From assembly GCA_951406725.2 (NCBI GenBank), contig OX597821.1:59086001-59150000 (forward strand): a stretch of DNA of 64,000 nucleotides, read 5' to 3'. Of this stretch, positions 25,689 to 39,804 are shown one piece after another (position 1 is the first letter of the stretch; each line of letters opens with the position of its first letter). The notes beneath the pieces were generated by a model that saw only the letters and a list, made by a program, of their open reading frames with translations, did not search any database and was not told the DNA's origin. A program made the translations under genes and the position numbers. The stretch comes from Octopus vulgaris (taxonomy: Eukaryota).

Positions 25689-27520
25689 ATGGCTGTATGA
25701 TTGAGAAGCTTGCCTTACAGCCATGTGCTTTTAGGTTCAATCCCACTGCACAGCCTGTCTTTGTGTCTGTGTTTGTCCCACCACTACTGTTTGATGCCTG
25801 GTGTTGGTTTGTTTATGTCTCCATAACTTAGCAGCTTGGCAAAAGAGACTAATAGAATAAATATCAGACTTAAAAAGAGGTACTGGGATTGATTTGTTTG
25901 ACTAGAACCCTTCAAGTTGGTGCCCCAGCATGACCACAGTCCAATGAAACAAGTAAAAGATAAAAGACATATCTTCAATACAAACCAAAATTATTTTTTT
26001 TTTACTTGTTTCAGTCATTTCACTGTGGCCATGCTGGAGCACCGACTTTAGTCAAGCAAATTGACCCCAAGACTTATTCTTTGTAAGCCTAGTACTTATT
26101 CTATCAGTCTCTTTTGCCAAACCACTACAGGGATGTAAACACATCAGCATCGGTTGTCAAGTGATGTTGGGAGGACAAACACAAACACACACACATATAT
26201 ATGATGGGCTTCTTTCAGTTTCCGTCTACCAAATCCACTCACAAGGCTTTGGTTGGCCCAAGGCTATAGTAGAAGACACTTGCCCAAGGTGCCACGCAGT
26301 GGGACTGAACCCAGAACCATGTGGTTGGTAAGCAAGCTACTCACCACACAGCCACTCCTGCACCTACAGATTACTTGAAATAAATTAAGTATTCTGTTTC
26401 AACTTCAAAAACTCCTTCTACAGATCAGCTTCCTTTCAGTAAATTATTCAATGCATTTGAAGGTTCAGAAAGAGTAACAAATTTATCTGTTGGATTTTTG
26501 AATTATTTTTTTTTTAAATCGCATGAAGCACAAACTGAAAATAAATGATAAAATTTAAAACTAATTTTCAGTATAAAGCTAGTTTTAAAAATATTTAACT
26601 AAAAGCAAAATTAGAAAATTAATTTAAAATGAAGGTTCATTCACACAAAAACTAACAAAATAAAAGGCTTCTATATTCGTTTACTTGTTTCAGTCATTAG
26701 ACTGTGGCCATGCTGGGGCACAACCTTGGAGAATTTTTAGACAAATGAATTGACCCCAGTACTTTTTTTTAAAAAACCTGGTACTATTCTATCAATTTCT
26801 TTTGCTGAACTCCTAATTATGGGGACATAATCACACCAACACTGGTTGCCAAGTTGTGGTGAGGGACAAACAAAAAGACATGCATGCATGCACACACAGA
26901 CGAAGGGCTTCTTTCAGTTTTTTTCTACCAAATCCACTCACAAGGCTTTGGTCAGCTTGAGGCTCTAGTACAAGACATTTGCCCAAGGTGCCATGCAGTG
27001 GGACTGAACCAAGAACCATGTGGTTGGGAAGCAAACTTCTTACCACCCAGCCATCTTTCGAATAACGTATAAAACCTAATAACTTTTCTTTTCACAACAG
27101 TTTAGTTTCTGTGGAACCAGGCAAATTCGGAGAGAAGAAAATGCAATATCTTTTATCTTTTATTCGTTTCACTCACTGGAATATGGCCAAGCTGGATTCA
27201 GTCAAACAAATCAATCCTAGTACTTATTTTTTTAAAGTTTGGTATTTATTCTATTGGTCTCTTTTGCTCAAACCTCTAAGTTATGGGGGATGGAGACAAA
27301 TCAACATTGGTTATCAAGTGAAGGAGGAGGGGACAAACACAAAGATACACACACACACACACACAAGTTTCCATACAGTTTCCGTCTACCAAATTTACTT
27401 GTAAAAACACTTGTAACCCCAGCTCTATAGTAGAAGACACTTGCCTAACGTGCCACACTAGGATTGAACTCAAAACTATGTGGTAGCAAAATGAGTCTCT
27501 TACTTAACCTCACAACCATA
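25689..27520. mobile_element. Cluster of four family-A SINEs (25689-25965 plus; 26001-26364, about 26680-27050 and about 27150-27520 minus)
   Basis: Repeated tttacttgtttcagtca...gccatgctgg...ttctatc...ctaccaaatccactcacaaggc...gggactgaacc. Confidence 0.85.
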
Positions 27521-28535
27521 CCTGTTTGTTGTAATGTTATTTTAGTCTTTCTTTGCCTCCCAGTGCATGAAAAGGGAAACACACAGCAGACCTGATCAGA
27601 ATGTTTACAAATGAGTAAAAACAAGCAAAGGTATCCTGAAGGCTTTCAATGGAATCTACCTAGTGGTTTTAAACAGGCAACAGATTAACTCCTTCATATT
27701 CATATTACTCTGCCAAATGCAATGCTTACAAAACAGGTAGAACATTTGGGCTGGACATGGCTGGTTCAAATACTAAAGGGTTAAAAGCTACCACTCAAAA
27801 GCAGGTACAAGCTATCTCACAGGTTGTAATACAGCTTCCCTCTACTCTATTTCACTCACATAGCTTTAAATTGAAATGGATTGTTCCAGGTGCTATGTAA
27901 TTTCAATAGCATGGTTCTCAAAATTAATACTCTTTATAAATTAAGACCAAAATATCAATAAAACAAAATGTATTCACATAGTATCAGAGAACAAGTTAAT
28001 ATGTGCCTAAACAATGAATGAATCAGAGGAATCTGACAGCAGTAGTTGTATGGTAGTGAGCTACCATTTGCATTGCAACTTCCTGCTTTGCCATCATGTT
28101 TCTGAGGAGTCTAATATTACAGCAAATTACAATACATGAATTAAAAAAAAAATTCATTAAAATTACAATTCTACATTCTTTAATCATCCGGATATCTGAC
28201 AGTTACAGACTATTCTTCACTAATGAATCCTAACAAAACTAAAGCATGTTTGGAGTTCAGTTCTCACTATAGGCACCTTCAATGTTAATATGAGGTCAGA
28301 CATGCAGGTATATGCAGTCTCAGGAGCCCATACTAGAAGTCATAAAAATTCAATAGCCACAACACTGGCACATACAGGGACAAAGGTCAAGCCACAACTC
28401 TAATAATCAAAGCTTGTAATACGTTTGCAAAGGGTCTTAGTACTTTCACTCAGCTTGGACTACAAATCACAATAAAACATCAGTCTTATGATAGCTAAGT
28501 TCTTGGATATCTCCCTCAATTGAGACACAAATACA

Positions 28536-28770
28536 GGCGGCGAGGTGGCAGAATCGTTAGCAGTCAGGGCGAAATGCTTAGCGGTATTTCGTCTGCCGCT
28601 ACGTTCTGAGTTCAAATTCCGCCAAGGTCAGCTTTGCCTTTAATCCTTTCGGGGTCGATAAATTAAGTACCAGTTATACACTGGGGTTGATGTAATTGAC
28701 TTAATCCCTTTGTCTGTCCTTGTTTGTCCCCTCTTTGTTTAGCCCCTTGTGGGCAATAAAGAAATAAGAA
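28536..28770 (+). mobile_element. tRNA-derived SINE family B, well preserved
   Basis: ggcggcgaggtggcagaatcgttagc (A box-like) ... gagttcaaattcc (B box-like) ... gggcaataaagaaataagaa. Confidence 0.85.
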
Positions 28771-31055
28771 ACAGAACTAAGCTTGTCTTATATGTATATA
28801 GATGGGGGGGGGGGGGGTAAGTGTATATGAACCCTTACCTTGACATTACATATTAGCAATAAACATGTATCACCACCATACAAGCAATATTGTTCATTTT
28901 CACTCTTTCATGAAACCATATCTGGCCATGGGGAAATGTTACCTTGCTTGTTAACAACTATGAAGGCTGGTAACAGAAAAGGCATCCCAGCCATAATAAA
29001 TCTACTTCAACAAATTCTGTCTAACTCATGAAAACATGGAATAGTGGATCTTAGATGATGATGATTATGTTTATTAAAAGAAACAGTAACATTTCATCTT
29101 ATGATTTTAATTTAATCAATGCTTATTTCTCTCTCATCCTGTTCCTACTTTCTAACCCCATTAACATTTTTCTTAAAGACAAACTTGATTCGTTTCATTT
29201 GCAATTATTGTTTTGAATTCATTCATAATTTGTCAATGAATGTGTGTGTGTAAAATGTCTTTGTATATGTATGCATACTCATTATTCCCAACTTTCCTCT
29301 ATAGTAATTGCTAAGTATCCAAATCTATCTTCAGTTAAATCCTGTTCGTGGCCAGGTGGTCATCATGTCATATGCACTTGAGTCCACTTGGTTTAGCAAT
29401 TAATGGTAAAATGAAATTCATTACTTGAAAATATCTGGACATGTAAGTGCCCCAATACTGGACTCTAGAGATGCTAGAGCAGAGGCAAGTAGAAATATGT
29501 GCTTTATGCAAGAAGTTAAATGGAAAGGACTCTTCTCAACCACACTCCTCACAAGCAAGGAACAAATCCTTGTGCATGAGCAGTAGCAATACTGTGGATG
29601 AAGAAGGCATAGTATTGGTAAAGAAATAGATAGATGAAGTAATCAAGGTAGCCTGAGAGAGAGAATTCCATTCAGGGCAATGTAAAGTGTAAAGTATGGA
29701 TGTAAAATAATTACAGTGAAATCAGTACTGTTTGTGTAGCAGATGCACAGGACCAATAAAAGCAGGAAATAGATTCTCTCAAATGTCTGAATGGCTCCCT
29801 AAAAGCAGTAGGTAGCTTGTTACCAAAATGTCCTAATTAGTTGTGGAGTTGAGTACTCCAAAAGAATAGCAGCCAGAGTGAGAACAGGTTAATGTCCATT
29901 TTCCATACTGGCATGAGTTGGATGGTTTCATAGGAGCTGGCAAGGCTGGGAGCTGCACCAGGTCCCATCGTCTGTTTTGGCATGGTTTTTACAGCTGGAT
30001 ACTCTTCCTAATGTCAACCAATTTACAGAGTGCACTGGGTGCTTCTCATGCAGCACTAGCACTGGTGCTTTTTACATGGCACCAGAACTGATAGGGTCGA
30101 CAAGTACATAAGACAAAAACCCCTCAGCTGGAAGAGAGGAGTAGTATTGATGTGGGTGTGGTTTTATGCCAGTTGAGAGATTAAAGGTATAGAAGGATAG
30201 AGATAAATGACTTATTGTAGAGCAGATACATAAATGGATAAGAAAGGAGAGTGAGTTGAGAGCAAGAGAGAGAAAGATGATGGTAAAAAATAAACTCTCT
30301 CAGAAGTGAAAGCAGATTATATAATGCTCAGGTATGAAGAGATATGAGTACCATATGCAGACAAACTGTGAAGACTAGACAGAACAGCTGGGGTTGAACA
30401 GCCTACTCATGAAATTGAGAGGCAAGTGACTGAGCACTCCACTGGCACATGTAGCATTAATGTAGTTCTCAGGGAGATTCAGCACAACACAGGATGTGTC
30501 GAGGTTGGCCCATTGAATTACAGGTACAATTAATTTTTGTCAGTTGAGTTAAACTGGAGCAACATGAAACAAAGTGTCTTGTTCCCACTGGGAACTGAAC
30601 TCACAACCTTACAATTGTGAGCTGAATGCACTAACCACTAAGCCATTTACCTTGAAGGTGGAAACTGTAACAAAGGTAGATGCAGAGATGAAATGTTGAA
30701 CGCTTATCTTAAGATGCTGAGTTTCATGGAGGAAATGACAAATGACCATGCTGACTAATGACAAGCAATGATGGAGAGGAACTGACCACCCATACAGCAT
30801 AGGGAAATGGATATTAAAAGTAATTGTAGTAAGACTGGGCAACATATATGTGTATACATATGCATGTGTGTGTACTCATTTGTTATGTATGTGAATATAT
30901 TTGTGTCTCTCACCCAATGTCCAAATAAGATTTTGTCATTAAAATTTATGAGCAATAAACTGGTTATACTTCTATATTACACAAAATATTTTAACAATTT
31001 TATACACGATTCCTAAGAATAATTAATCATAAATATACAATAAGGTTTTTTTTTT

Positions 31056-31285
31056 TTAACCCTTTCATTACCAACCCAGCTGAAGTCGGCTCTGTCTCTG
31101 TAGTACAAATGTCTTGTTTTCATAAGTTTTGAATTAAAATCTTCCACCAAAACTTAGTCACAATTTATGTTCCTAACACTAGCTGAATGATAACTAAGTT
31201 ATTTTACTAAATTTTTTTGTTATATTTGAAATAATTGAAAGAAATACAGAGCATCTCAACAGAAATATGGTAACAAAAGGGTTAA
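31056..31285. mobile_element. TTAA-flanked (piggyBac-like) MITE
   Basis: ttaa-ccctttcattacc ... ggtaacaaaaggg-ttaa. Confidence 0.75.
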
Positions 31286-31725
31286 ACATCAAATGACAGT
31301 GAGGATCCACCCAAGTAAATTAGGGACCAAAGGTGTCCACATGCAGAAAATAGTTGAAAATCACTGCTCCAGAAGAATCAGGAAGACAAGAAAAATGCTA
31401 CTAAGTGATGGCAGTGGGGTATGGATGGAAGGGGAATGGGAAGGAAAAACACATAGACAGATATTACTCTATCTCCAATAAATTATTATTATTGCTTTGG
31501 CAACAGTACATTTTGGCACTGAAGGCACACACACACATGCAGAGGTATGCACATACATACAAACTAGATGCTCACAAAGACGGAGAGAGAGAGAGAAAAA
31601 ATGAGAGGTTCATAAAAATGTCTGATGTCAAAGAAGTCAGCATTGAATTAGCAATACCAAAATGTTTCATCCCCATATATATATATATATAGAGGAGTGT
31701 GCATATATATATATATATATATATA

Positions 31726-31876
31726 GGCGTGGTAAGTAGCTTGCTTATGAATCACATGGTTCCGGATTCAGTCCCACTGCATGGCACCTTGGGCAAGTGT
31801 CTTCTACTATAGCCTCAGGTCAACCAAAGCCTTGTGAGTGGATTTGGTAGACGGAAACTGAAAGAAGCCCGTCGTA

Positions 31877-31935
<59 letters not shown>

Positions 31936-32140
31936 ATATGTTTGTGTGTCTGTGTTTGTCCCCCCAACATCGCTTGACAACCGAAGCTGGTGTGTTTACG
32001 TCCCCGTAACTTAGTAGTTCGGCATAAGATACTGATAGAATAAGCACTTGGCTTACAAAGAATAAGTCCTGGGGTCGATTTGCTCGACTAAAGGTGGTGC
32101 TCCAGCATGGCCACAGTCAAATGACTGAAACAAGTAAAAA
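31726..32140 (+). mobile_element. tRNA-derived SINE family A, young copy
   Basis: Closely matches 49350-49803 and 42264-42645. Confidence 0.9.
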
Positions 32141-33257
32141 GATATAAATTCATTAACATTCAGTTTTCTATGCTTGCTTTTATAGATGTGTGTTGTCTGT
32201 ATAATTTAGCAGAGAGAAGCAGAATGTAGAGGTTTTCCAATGTTTTGTCAAAAGGATCAAAGACATCCAAATTGCAAAATGCAAAACAGTGAGCCAATAT
32301 GGAAAAGCATGTACATAATGATAATGAGGCACTCACTCTTACTGACATCATGAAGGAAGCATAGAAAATACAACAATGTGATGTGCTAAATGAGAATTTT
32401 GGGGGAAAAGTGAAGAACTATCTCAGGTAGACTCAACAAATGGACTAAATATCCCTGCCACCCACATAATCAATCAGGTAATACAAAAAAGGGTAATTTC
32501 CAATGACTGTTGCAGTAACTGCTACAAGAGGAAAAGAGACACTCTAGAAAGAAAGAATTGCAAAGGCATCAGCTATAGAAAGAGTGGAAATTAGTTTAAA
32601 TAAGATGCAGTTCATATCTGAGATAGGACATAGTGCCATTGATGTTCTCCCCATGTGGGATGAGAAACAAGTTCATCATAGCAAATAGCAAACATTATCA
32701 TTCTTTCCAAACACAAAAGCAAAGCTTAGAATTAAAGTCTTAAAATAAACCCACCAAAGAAAAGTTTCAGTTAGTAGTACACCCTGACACATCTCCACAA
32801 TCCCCTTTCTCTAGCTGGAATTTACAATGTAATTCCCCTACAGCAAAACACCAATCCTGTCCCAGCCACCTCTGTCAATACAACTCCCTCCTCAGTTGAA
32901 AGGATCTTGTCTTGTGAATTATTTGGTGACCTCATATAAAAAGTACCAGATACACTGTGTAAAGTGGTTGGCGTTAGGAAGGGCATCCAACCATAGAAAC
33001 CAAGGCAAGACAGAATGGAGCTTGGTTTAGTCCTCTGGCACACCAACTCCTGTTGAACTATCTAACCTATGCTGGCATAACAAAATACAAGTACCTTTCT
33101 CTCATTCCCTTAAGGAAATCCAAACTTCTTGCATCTGTATATACATATTAAGATATCTCCATCATTTCTGCCTTATTTCTCTAACATTATTAATAAATTT
33201 TCACTGCACACTTCGAGGAACTTTTACTTCTATAAACACATATTTACACATCACATG

Positions 33258-33297
<40 letters not shown>

Positions 33298-33345
33298 CAC
33301 ACAGTTATGTACATATATATATATATATATATATACACACAGTTA

Positions 33346-33383
<38 letters not shown>

Positions 33384-33459
33384 ATGTACATATAAACACA
33401 CATACATTTACACGCAGACACACACACATATAGGCAAATCAAAAATTAAAAAATTAAAA

Positions 33460-33630
33460 ATCACAAGTAACAAAACAACAAAAAGCCAACAGGATGTACA
33501 CATGGAATGTATTAGCTTGTCACTCAGTAAAGGTGGTAAAAGGTGTAAGCTTTTATAAAGTTTTGAGCATAGCTCTTCATCAGAAAGAGGAGAAAGGAAA
33601 GGTGCAGAGAAGGAAAAGTCTAAGCACGTG
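33460..33630 (-). mobile_element. Penelope-like relic with decayed minimal hammerhead
   Basis: Minus strand cttt-CTGATGA-A-GAGC-tat-GCTC-aAAA. The flanking atgtattag.tt...ctcag is shared with 59460-59700. Confidence 0.5.
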
Positions 33631-35700
33631 TATGATACATTTATATAAATGTACATTTGTATATACACACACACATAAATACATATAAACATATAAATAC
33701 ACACACATATATACACACATGTACAGAGTATACAACCAAGTTTCATATGTCACAGTGCTATGTTCTCAATATCACTAATGTAGATCTAATTCACATATTT
33801 CTATAATAACTGAACAGTCAGTCCATGTTACTAACAATTTCAAACATCACTTCAAGGCAACACTTTAGGTACAAACGAAATAGTTCTTGCTTCCACTTTT
33901 GTTATGTTCATTCTCAGAAGATTGTAAAAATTTTGTCTATTCCTTGCCTTAACCCTAAATTTAGTGAAAGAGTGTATAACTGAGGTTAAACTCCAAAACA
34001 AATTTACCTCCCTTTACATTTAACTTACTGAATAACAAATATAGATATAGAAAAACATTAGCGGTCCAGTTAAAGAATCAATTAAAGTTGAAGTGTAGTT
34101 TGATGATAGAATATCAATTAAAAAAGGCTTGAAAGGATATGTATAAAAGAAAGAAATACTTTTTTCTAAAATAATTGAATGGAAGCCTTGCATTTCCATT
34201 CTCATCACCCAGATATGTAAAAATACATTGTCTCAATGAGAATGACCATGGTCACTTTATAAAACAACTTATCAGAATGTTTGCAAATACTGATAGACCC
34301 TGATTTCATATTCAAAGACATATCTAATATCCATGGGCTTTCAAAATTAGTCTTTTTTCAGCAGTACAGAGGCCACATTTTTTGCTACCATTTTCATAAG
34401 CTCAACACTTTTCAAAAATTCTCCAACTGATATCATTTATAGCTTTCTCTCTCAATAATCAGATATAATTTCCTTGCTTTGTTACATTCCATTTCTCAGT
34501 ATTCCTGAAGGAAGAACTGTAGCTGAGAAATCTTTTGATCAACTACTCTACCATATTAACACATTGCATTAGGGTGATGATACCACAGTTCATATCCCTC
34601 ACTTGAGTGATATGCATTCTTCATTCAGAGACATTTATAAATGGAGTGTAACAGAGGTAGCTTGTTACCTTTGATCGTTGAAAGAAGCTGTATATACGTG
34701 TGTAGATACTTACACAACACACACATACACACATTTATATACAAAATAAATACATACGTGAACGCACACATACATATATTTGCATCAAGTCGATAAACGA
34801 CTCTTAGTGGCATTCTTGACAATTACCACACGAATCATCTTGAGAAAATAAAAAGGTAGTTTTTCCTTTTTCTCTTTACGATGTAAATCTTTTTTTACAT
34901 AGCACCGTCTATAAGACGGTGCCATACAGACAAGTCTGTGATACATGTTTGGGTATACAAAACGTAAAGAGCCGGCATACATAGTGTGTGTGTGAGAGAG
35001 AGAGAGAGAGGAAGAAAGACCGAGTGTGTATGTGTGTGCGCACGTTTGTATGTTTCTCTGTATAGGCGGTGTTTTGGAATAGCAATTACTGCTTCATATA
35101 CATGTATGCATATATAAGATAAACCGGAACGGTTTCAATCCAGATTAATTGTAAACAGATCAGTCAATATAATTTAAGCGCTGAAAGTTTTTAAATCAAC
35201 GTAATCATTATTAAGTAGTCAACTTTTCTAACATTATTATTAACGTTTCATAACAAGCTGCTATTATAACGTGACATGCTTAAAGAGCAGACTACACGCA
35301 TAACATTTTATTTGATTATACAGACATTCGAGGGTCACATGGAGGGTAGTTACATTTAGTGAAATATACACCTACATATACAAAAAATGCGTTTTTAAAT
35401 ACACAATAAATTCAAGGTCATAAGTCGGGAGCCAAAAAAATTCCAGACTAGCTTAGCAAAATAAGAATGAAAACTTATTTATGATAGACAGGATGTTTGG
35501 AAAACTAACACAACTTTCACTTTTGCCGGTATGATTGCCCATCCCACTTTCTAGGACAACGAGAGAAAAATCTCCAAAATAGCTAAAATATTTCGTAATA
35601 ATAATATAGCGCTAAGTTTGAAGTGGAGACACCAAATTACAAAATGCTATGACGTCGCGTGATTATTCTTTCTGCTTGTTATTATTGTTGGCATAACGAA

Positions 35701-36215
35701 AGATGTGTGTCCAATAATACCGACTTTGTTTCTTCATAACTTTCTGAAAAATGGATATTTTTTTCGATGAAATTTTCAAAAAATACATTTCAGATAGTGT
35801 AGAATAACGATTATATCGGAATTTGATGTGAAATAAAAAAAATTAGGGTGGGGTTAGCGGGGGCGGATAATTGACACATTTCATCAAGGCGTATGAGGAA
35901 ACAAAGTCGAAGTGTATGAATTATCTGATGCCATCCTGCTATTCCGCCACACCTAATCTTAATCTACGCCATCTGAAATGAATATATGTAAAAATGCTTA
36001 CTAAAAAAATATCCGTTAAGTTATGAGGAAAGAAATGGAGGTGTGTTTTAGCCGACACTCCGCTTCACTGTTCTGAAAACATTTTCCACAATAATTTCCG
36101 ACACAACTCCTCTAGTTTACACCATTTAATATGTATCTCTGGAAATTTTCCTTAAAAACATGTATTTTTCAGTAAGTTATGAGGAAACAAATTCGGAGTA
36201 TGGGGGCACACATCT
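35701..36215. mobile_element. Degenerate MITE with about 42-bp imperfect TIRs and internal TIR-like repeats
   Basis: agatgtgtgtccaataataccgactttgtttcttcataactt versus aagttatgaggaaacaaattcggagtatgggggcacacatct. The tatgaggaaa motif recurs at about 35892 and 36022. Confidence 0.6.
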
Positions 36216-37892
36216 ATAGTTATAGCAAGTCTTTGGGTGTAAGTAATAAAGCTATAAATTATGAGAAATCAATTATAATTCATATATTTTGTTAAGGGAG
36301 GAGTGAACTGTTATAATGTTCAAATTAAATCTTTTATTTCCTGTATAAAACGAAGCTAGAGGATATTAGTATTGTTTAGAAGGACCGAAACTATGATCTC
36401 TACGTCAAGGGATATCACAAAGAAACTTTGGACTATAAATTGGTGTTTTAAAGAAACAGACTTAAAGAAATGTCGATCTTGTACTAATCCTTTCTTCGAA
36501 AAATAACCTTGCAACAGCCAACACAAAAATGTATTTACTATTTTACCTACAGAAAGGAAATACGCTCTCTTGCAGCAGCGACTGGAATGTATAAAGAAAT
36601 GTCCATTATATTGGAAAGAATTGTCAGTTCTTTTACCATTAAACACCTGCTGTGTTAACTAATTACGTATTTCTTTGTGATATTAAATTCAAATTATTAG
36701 TGACTAACAAAATAGTAGTAATCCAATATCTTCTAAATATGCATTAACATAAAATGATATGGGTTCCAGGGCGTTAATATAAAATATAGCGATTGAATGC
36801 TTGGAGCCTTCAACCAAGTTTGCAAACTAAACTTCACATTCTAAAATAAATTTGTACAACGATGAACACTTAAACTAACTTGTAACAAAATATATTGAAA
36901 GAGCGATAGAAAATGATGAGAATTACAACGAACTTATTCGATTTATTGGATCTTCTGTAAAAACAAAAATACCAACCAGTAAAATTAAGGGAAATAACGT
37001 TTTTTGGTTAACTCTAATGAAAATGTGAGCCAAAAGTGTTGAATAATTCACATCTAGGATACAATTTCAGAAACATTAAATCGATATACTACTTGTCTGG
37101 CACTTTATTTTATCGATCAGTTCTCTTCCTTTGTTGATTTTACACCAGTTCTACAGGAAGTTGACACATGTATGCAAATTTAGATATTTTGCATGAATTT
37201 TTAGAGTTACTTTGCCATTAAAGGATTTCTCTTCATTTGTCAGAGATAAATACTTCCAAGCAACAACTAATGCAAAAACAAAGTTTTATTGAATATTCCA
37301 AGTCCAAGTTTATCAAAGTTAAGTGAGAAGAGCAAACTTAACTTTTGTTAGTGGTTGGAATAATTGAAACATTACTTGGTAAATTCATATTTTTCTTCTA
37401 GTTTTAGAAATTACAATTTCATAAAGAAGGAATAACTGAGACAGGCTGTTGATTATACATGCACATATAAGTTTACGTTACAAATACATAGGGTTTGCGT
37501 TAAATATGTATTGAAGTCTGTAGTGTTTACATACGCAAATCACAACATACACACACAGCTGCATGTTGTGGATAAGACACAAAGGACTAAATGCGTTCCA
37601 GAAAAAATACATATAAGTGGGCAAAAACAAGAGGCGATCAACAAAAATTTATGAAAAAATTAAAATAATTCGGCTGACGATAGGCATAAAGCTCATCGAT
37701 CATAAACATGGTTATCGATCAAAGTAAAACATCATAAACAGTGCCGCCTCCACAGGTGGGAGTTACTTGTCAAAAGAACTAAAACTGTAACCAAGTGGCA
37801 ATAATAAATGGGTGTACAAGTTGGAACACATGCATACAGAGAGAGAGTTTAAGAGTTTGAGATAAAAATTAAAATAATGTTGAACTACTTAC

Positions 37893-39597
37893 CTAAAATC
37901 TGTGTAGCGCTGATAGCCTGGGCTGTGGGAGTTGTGCTGATCTGGTTAGTGCTGATCCCGGCCGCCGCTGCTACTGTCTGTATCTGTTGTGGGCTGAGTT
38001 GCTGTCCCTGCGACTGGGAGGAAGTTGTGCCTCCACCCCCTAAACTGGCCGCCATGCTGGAAGTAGTCGCCGATGTGGTGGTGGCTATCGTTATTGGCCC
38101 GCCCATGCCTTGGAGAGGCGACGAGGCCGCTATAATCTGTCCTTGCGGAGTGATAGCTTGAAAGTTAGCCAAGTTCTGCACGTTCTGTAGGGCGGAGAAT
38201 CCTTGGAGACCTTGCAGACCCTGGATGTTTTGAACTTGTATAGTCTGTATGTTGGTAGGTCGGATGTTTGCAATGTTGAGTGTAGGAATCCAAGGACTGC
38301 CTTGTATAACTTGGTTCTGGCCTGCTGCTGCAGCAGCAATCTGGATATTGGCTGCGCTTTGTAACATTTGAGGAGTAATAATATTAGACACCATGCTGCC
38401 TTGACTGGCTGCGGAGGTAATAGTTGACGTTCCAGATAAACTGGCTGAATTTTGGGGTATAGCCAGTGAATGGACATTTTGGCTGCCTGATGTTACCACT
38501 GACTGGTTGCAAGGATTATGTGATAACGAAATGATAGTGGGAATAGTCTGTAGCGCTGACTGAGGGAGGTAGCCAGCATTTGAAGCAGTCGGCGAGGCAG
38601 CTGTACTCGAGATGGACGTGGATACAGTTTGGGTCGCGGTTCCACCACTTAGTTGTTGTTGTTGTTGTTGTTGTTGAATGTTGTTGACAGAGGGGCAGGT
38701 AACATCTGTTGCCGTAGTAACGAGAGGTTGCGGTGAGTTACTTTTGAGCTCAGTCTTAACGTTAATTTCAGTTGGTGCTGCTATCTCGAGCACTTGCTGT
38801 GTAAGATTTTGTCCGGAGCTGATTTGATTCGAGTTATTGCCCGTTGCTGAAGAATGAAGTGTGGGAAGAGTGCCCTGACCCATGAGATTAGCAGTTTGGA
38901 GTGTTGGTGTAGAGAAAGCTTGAAGAGGCAGTTGAATTGCTTGATAAGTCGTTTGTCCGTTCCCAGTTGATACGGGTATTTGTATAATGGGCATTTGTTG
39001 GAGTTGAGACAAAGGCAATTGTATTGTCTGCATAAGAGGCTGCCGTATGGCCATGTTCTGCATTCCTGCCAGATTGACCATATTACCGCCCAAATTGAGC
39101 ACGTTACCCATGAAACCGACATTGTTGGGGATAATGTTGGCTCCCGAGAGGCCTTGGGTGGTTCGGACAATTTGTCCGGTCGGCGTTAGGACAGCTTGAT
39201 TCCCCGCAAGAATCGCTTGACCTCCACTCGCCGTGGAAGCATTTGCAGGTACAAAGATGGCCTCTTGTCCATCCAGTGTAAATGTTTGGAACGGTGGTAT
39301 GACATTGTATGTTATGTTTCCACCTGGTCCGGTGGACGCAATCAGTTGCGGAGTCTGCTGGGCTATGATCGGAGCAGTAGTTAATGCCGTAGCTGGTGCG
39401 TTTGGCTTGGTAGAGTCCACGACACCAGGTACTTGAACCCAGTTCTGGCCGGCCACGATCTCGCTTTGATTGGTAACCTGATTCTGACCAATAATTCGGA
39501 CCTGAGTTGCACTCACTTGGTTAATTCCGTCTTCTTGTGGAGCCCCGATCTTGCTGCAAGTAGCGGCCAACAGAGCCAAAGGGGATGGCTGGTTATC
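37893..39597 (-). CDS. Sp1-4: Sp1-4, exon 2 (Sp box and Q/S/T-rich transactivation domains)
   Basis: Acceptor ccttgtag|GAT, donor TTAG|gtaagt, 1705 nt. Begins DNQPSPLALLAATCSKIG (Sp box), followed by Gln-rich hydrophobic repeats (QTIQVQNIQGLQ), a poly-Q tract and a VKTE motif. Confidence 0.96.
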
Positions 39598-39741
39598 CTA
39601 CAAGGCGGGGTTAAAGAAAGGGGTGTGCATAAAAATTAGGCCATTCAAAAAAAATTTTCAGCCCTACTAGGAACTGGTTGTATGGTGGGGGGAGAGAGAG
39701 AAAAACAACATATACACATTCTACAGATGGAAAAAACTCAC

Positions 39742-39804
39742 CTGAGATGAACTTGTCGGCATCACATAGTCTTCATTCGATCTCCTTATAGCAAGTGTAG
39801 CCAT
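39742..39804 (-). CDS. Sp1-4: Sp1-4, exon 1 (start codon)
   Basis: ATG at 39804 is preceded by an in-frame TAA. Reads MATLAIRRSNEDYVMPTSSSQ, then CAG|gtgagt, and joins exon 2 in phase 0 across a 144-nt intron. Total CDS is 2421 nt (806 aa). Confidence 0.85.

Noticed and set aside
37877-39639. Several plus-strand and alternative-frame ORFs over exon 2
   Set aside because: These are shadow ORFs of the GC-richer Sp coding exon.
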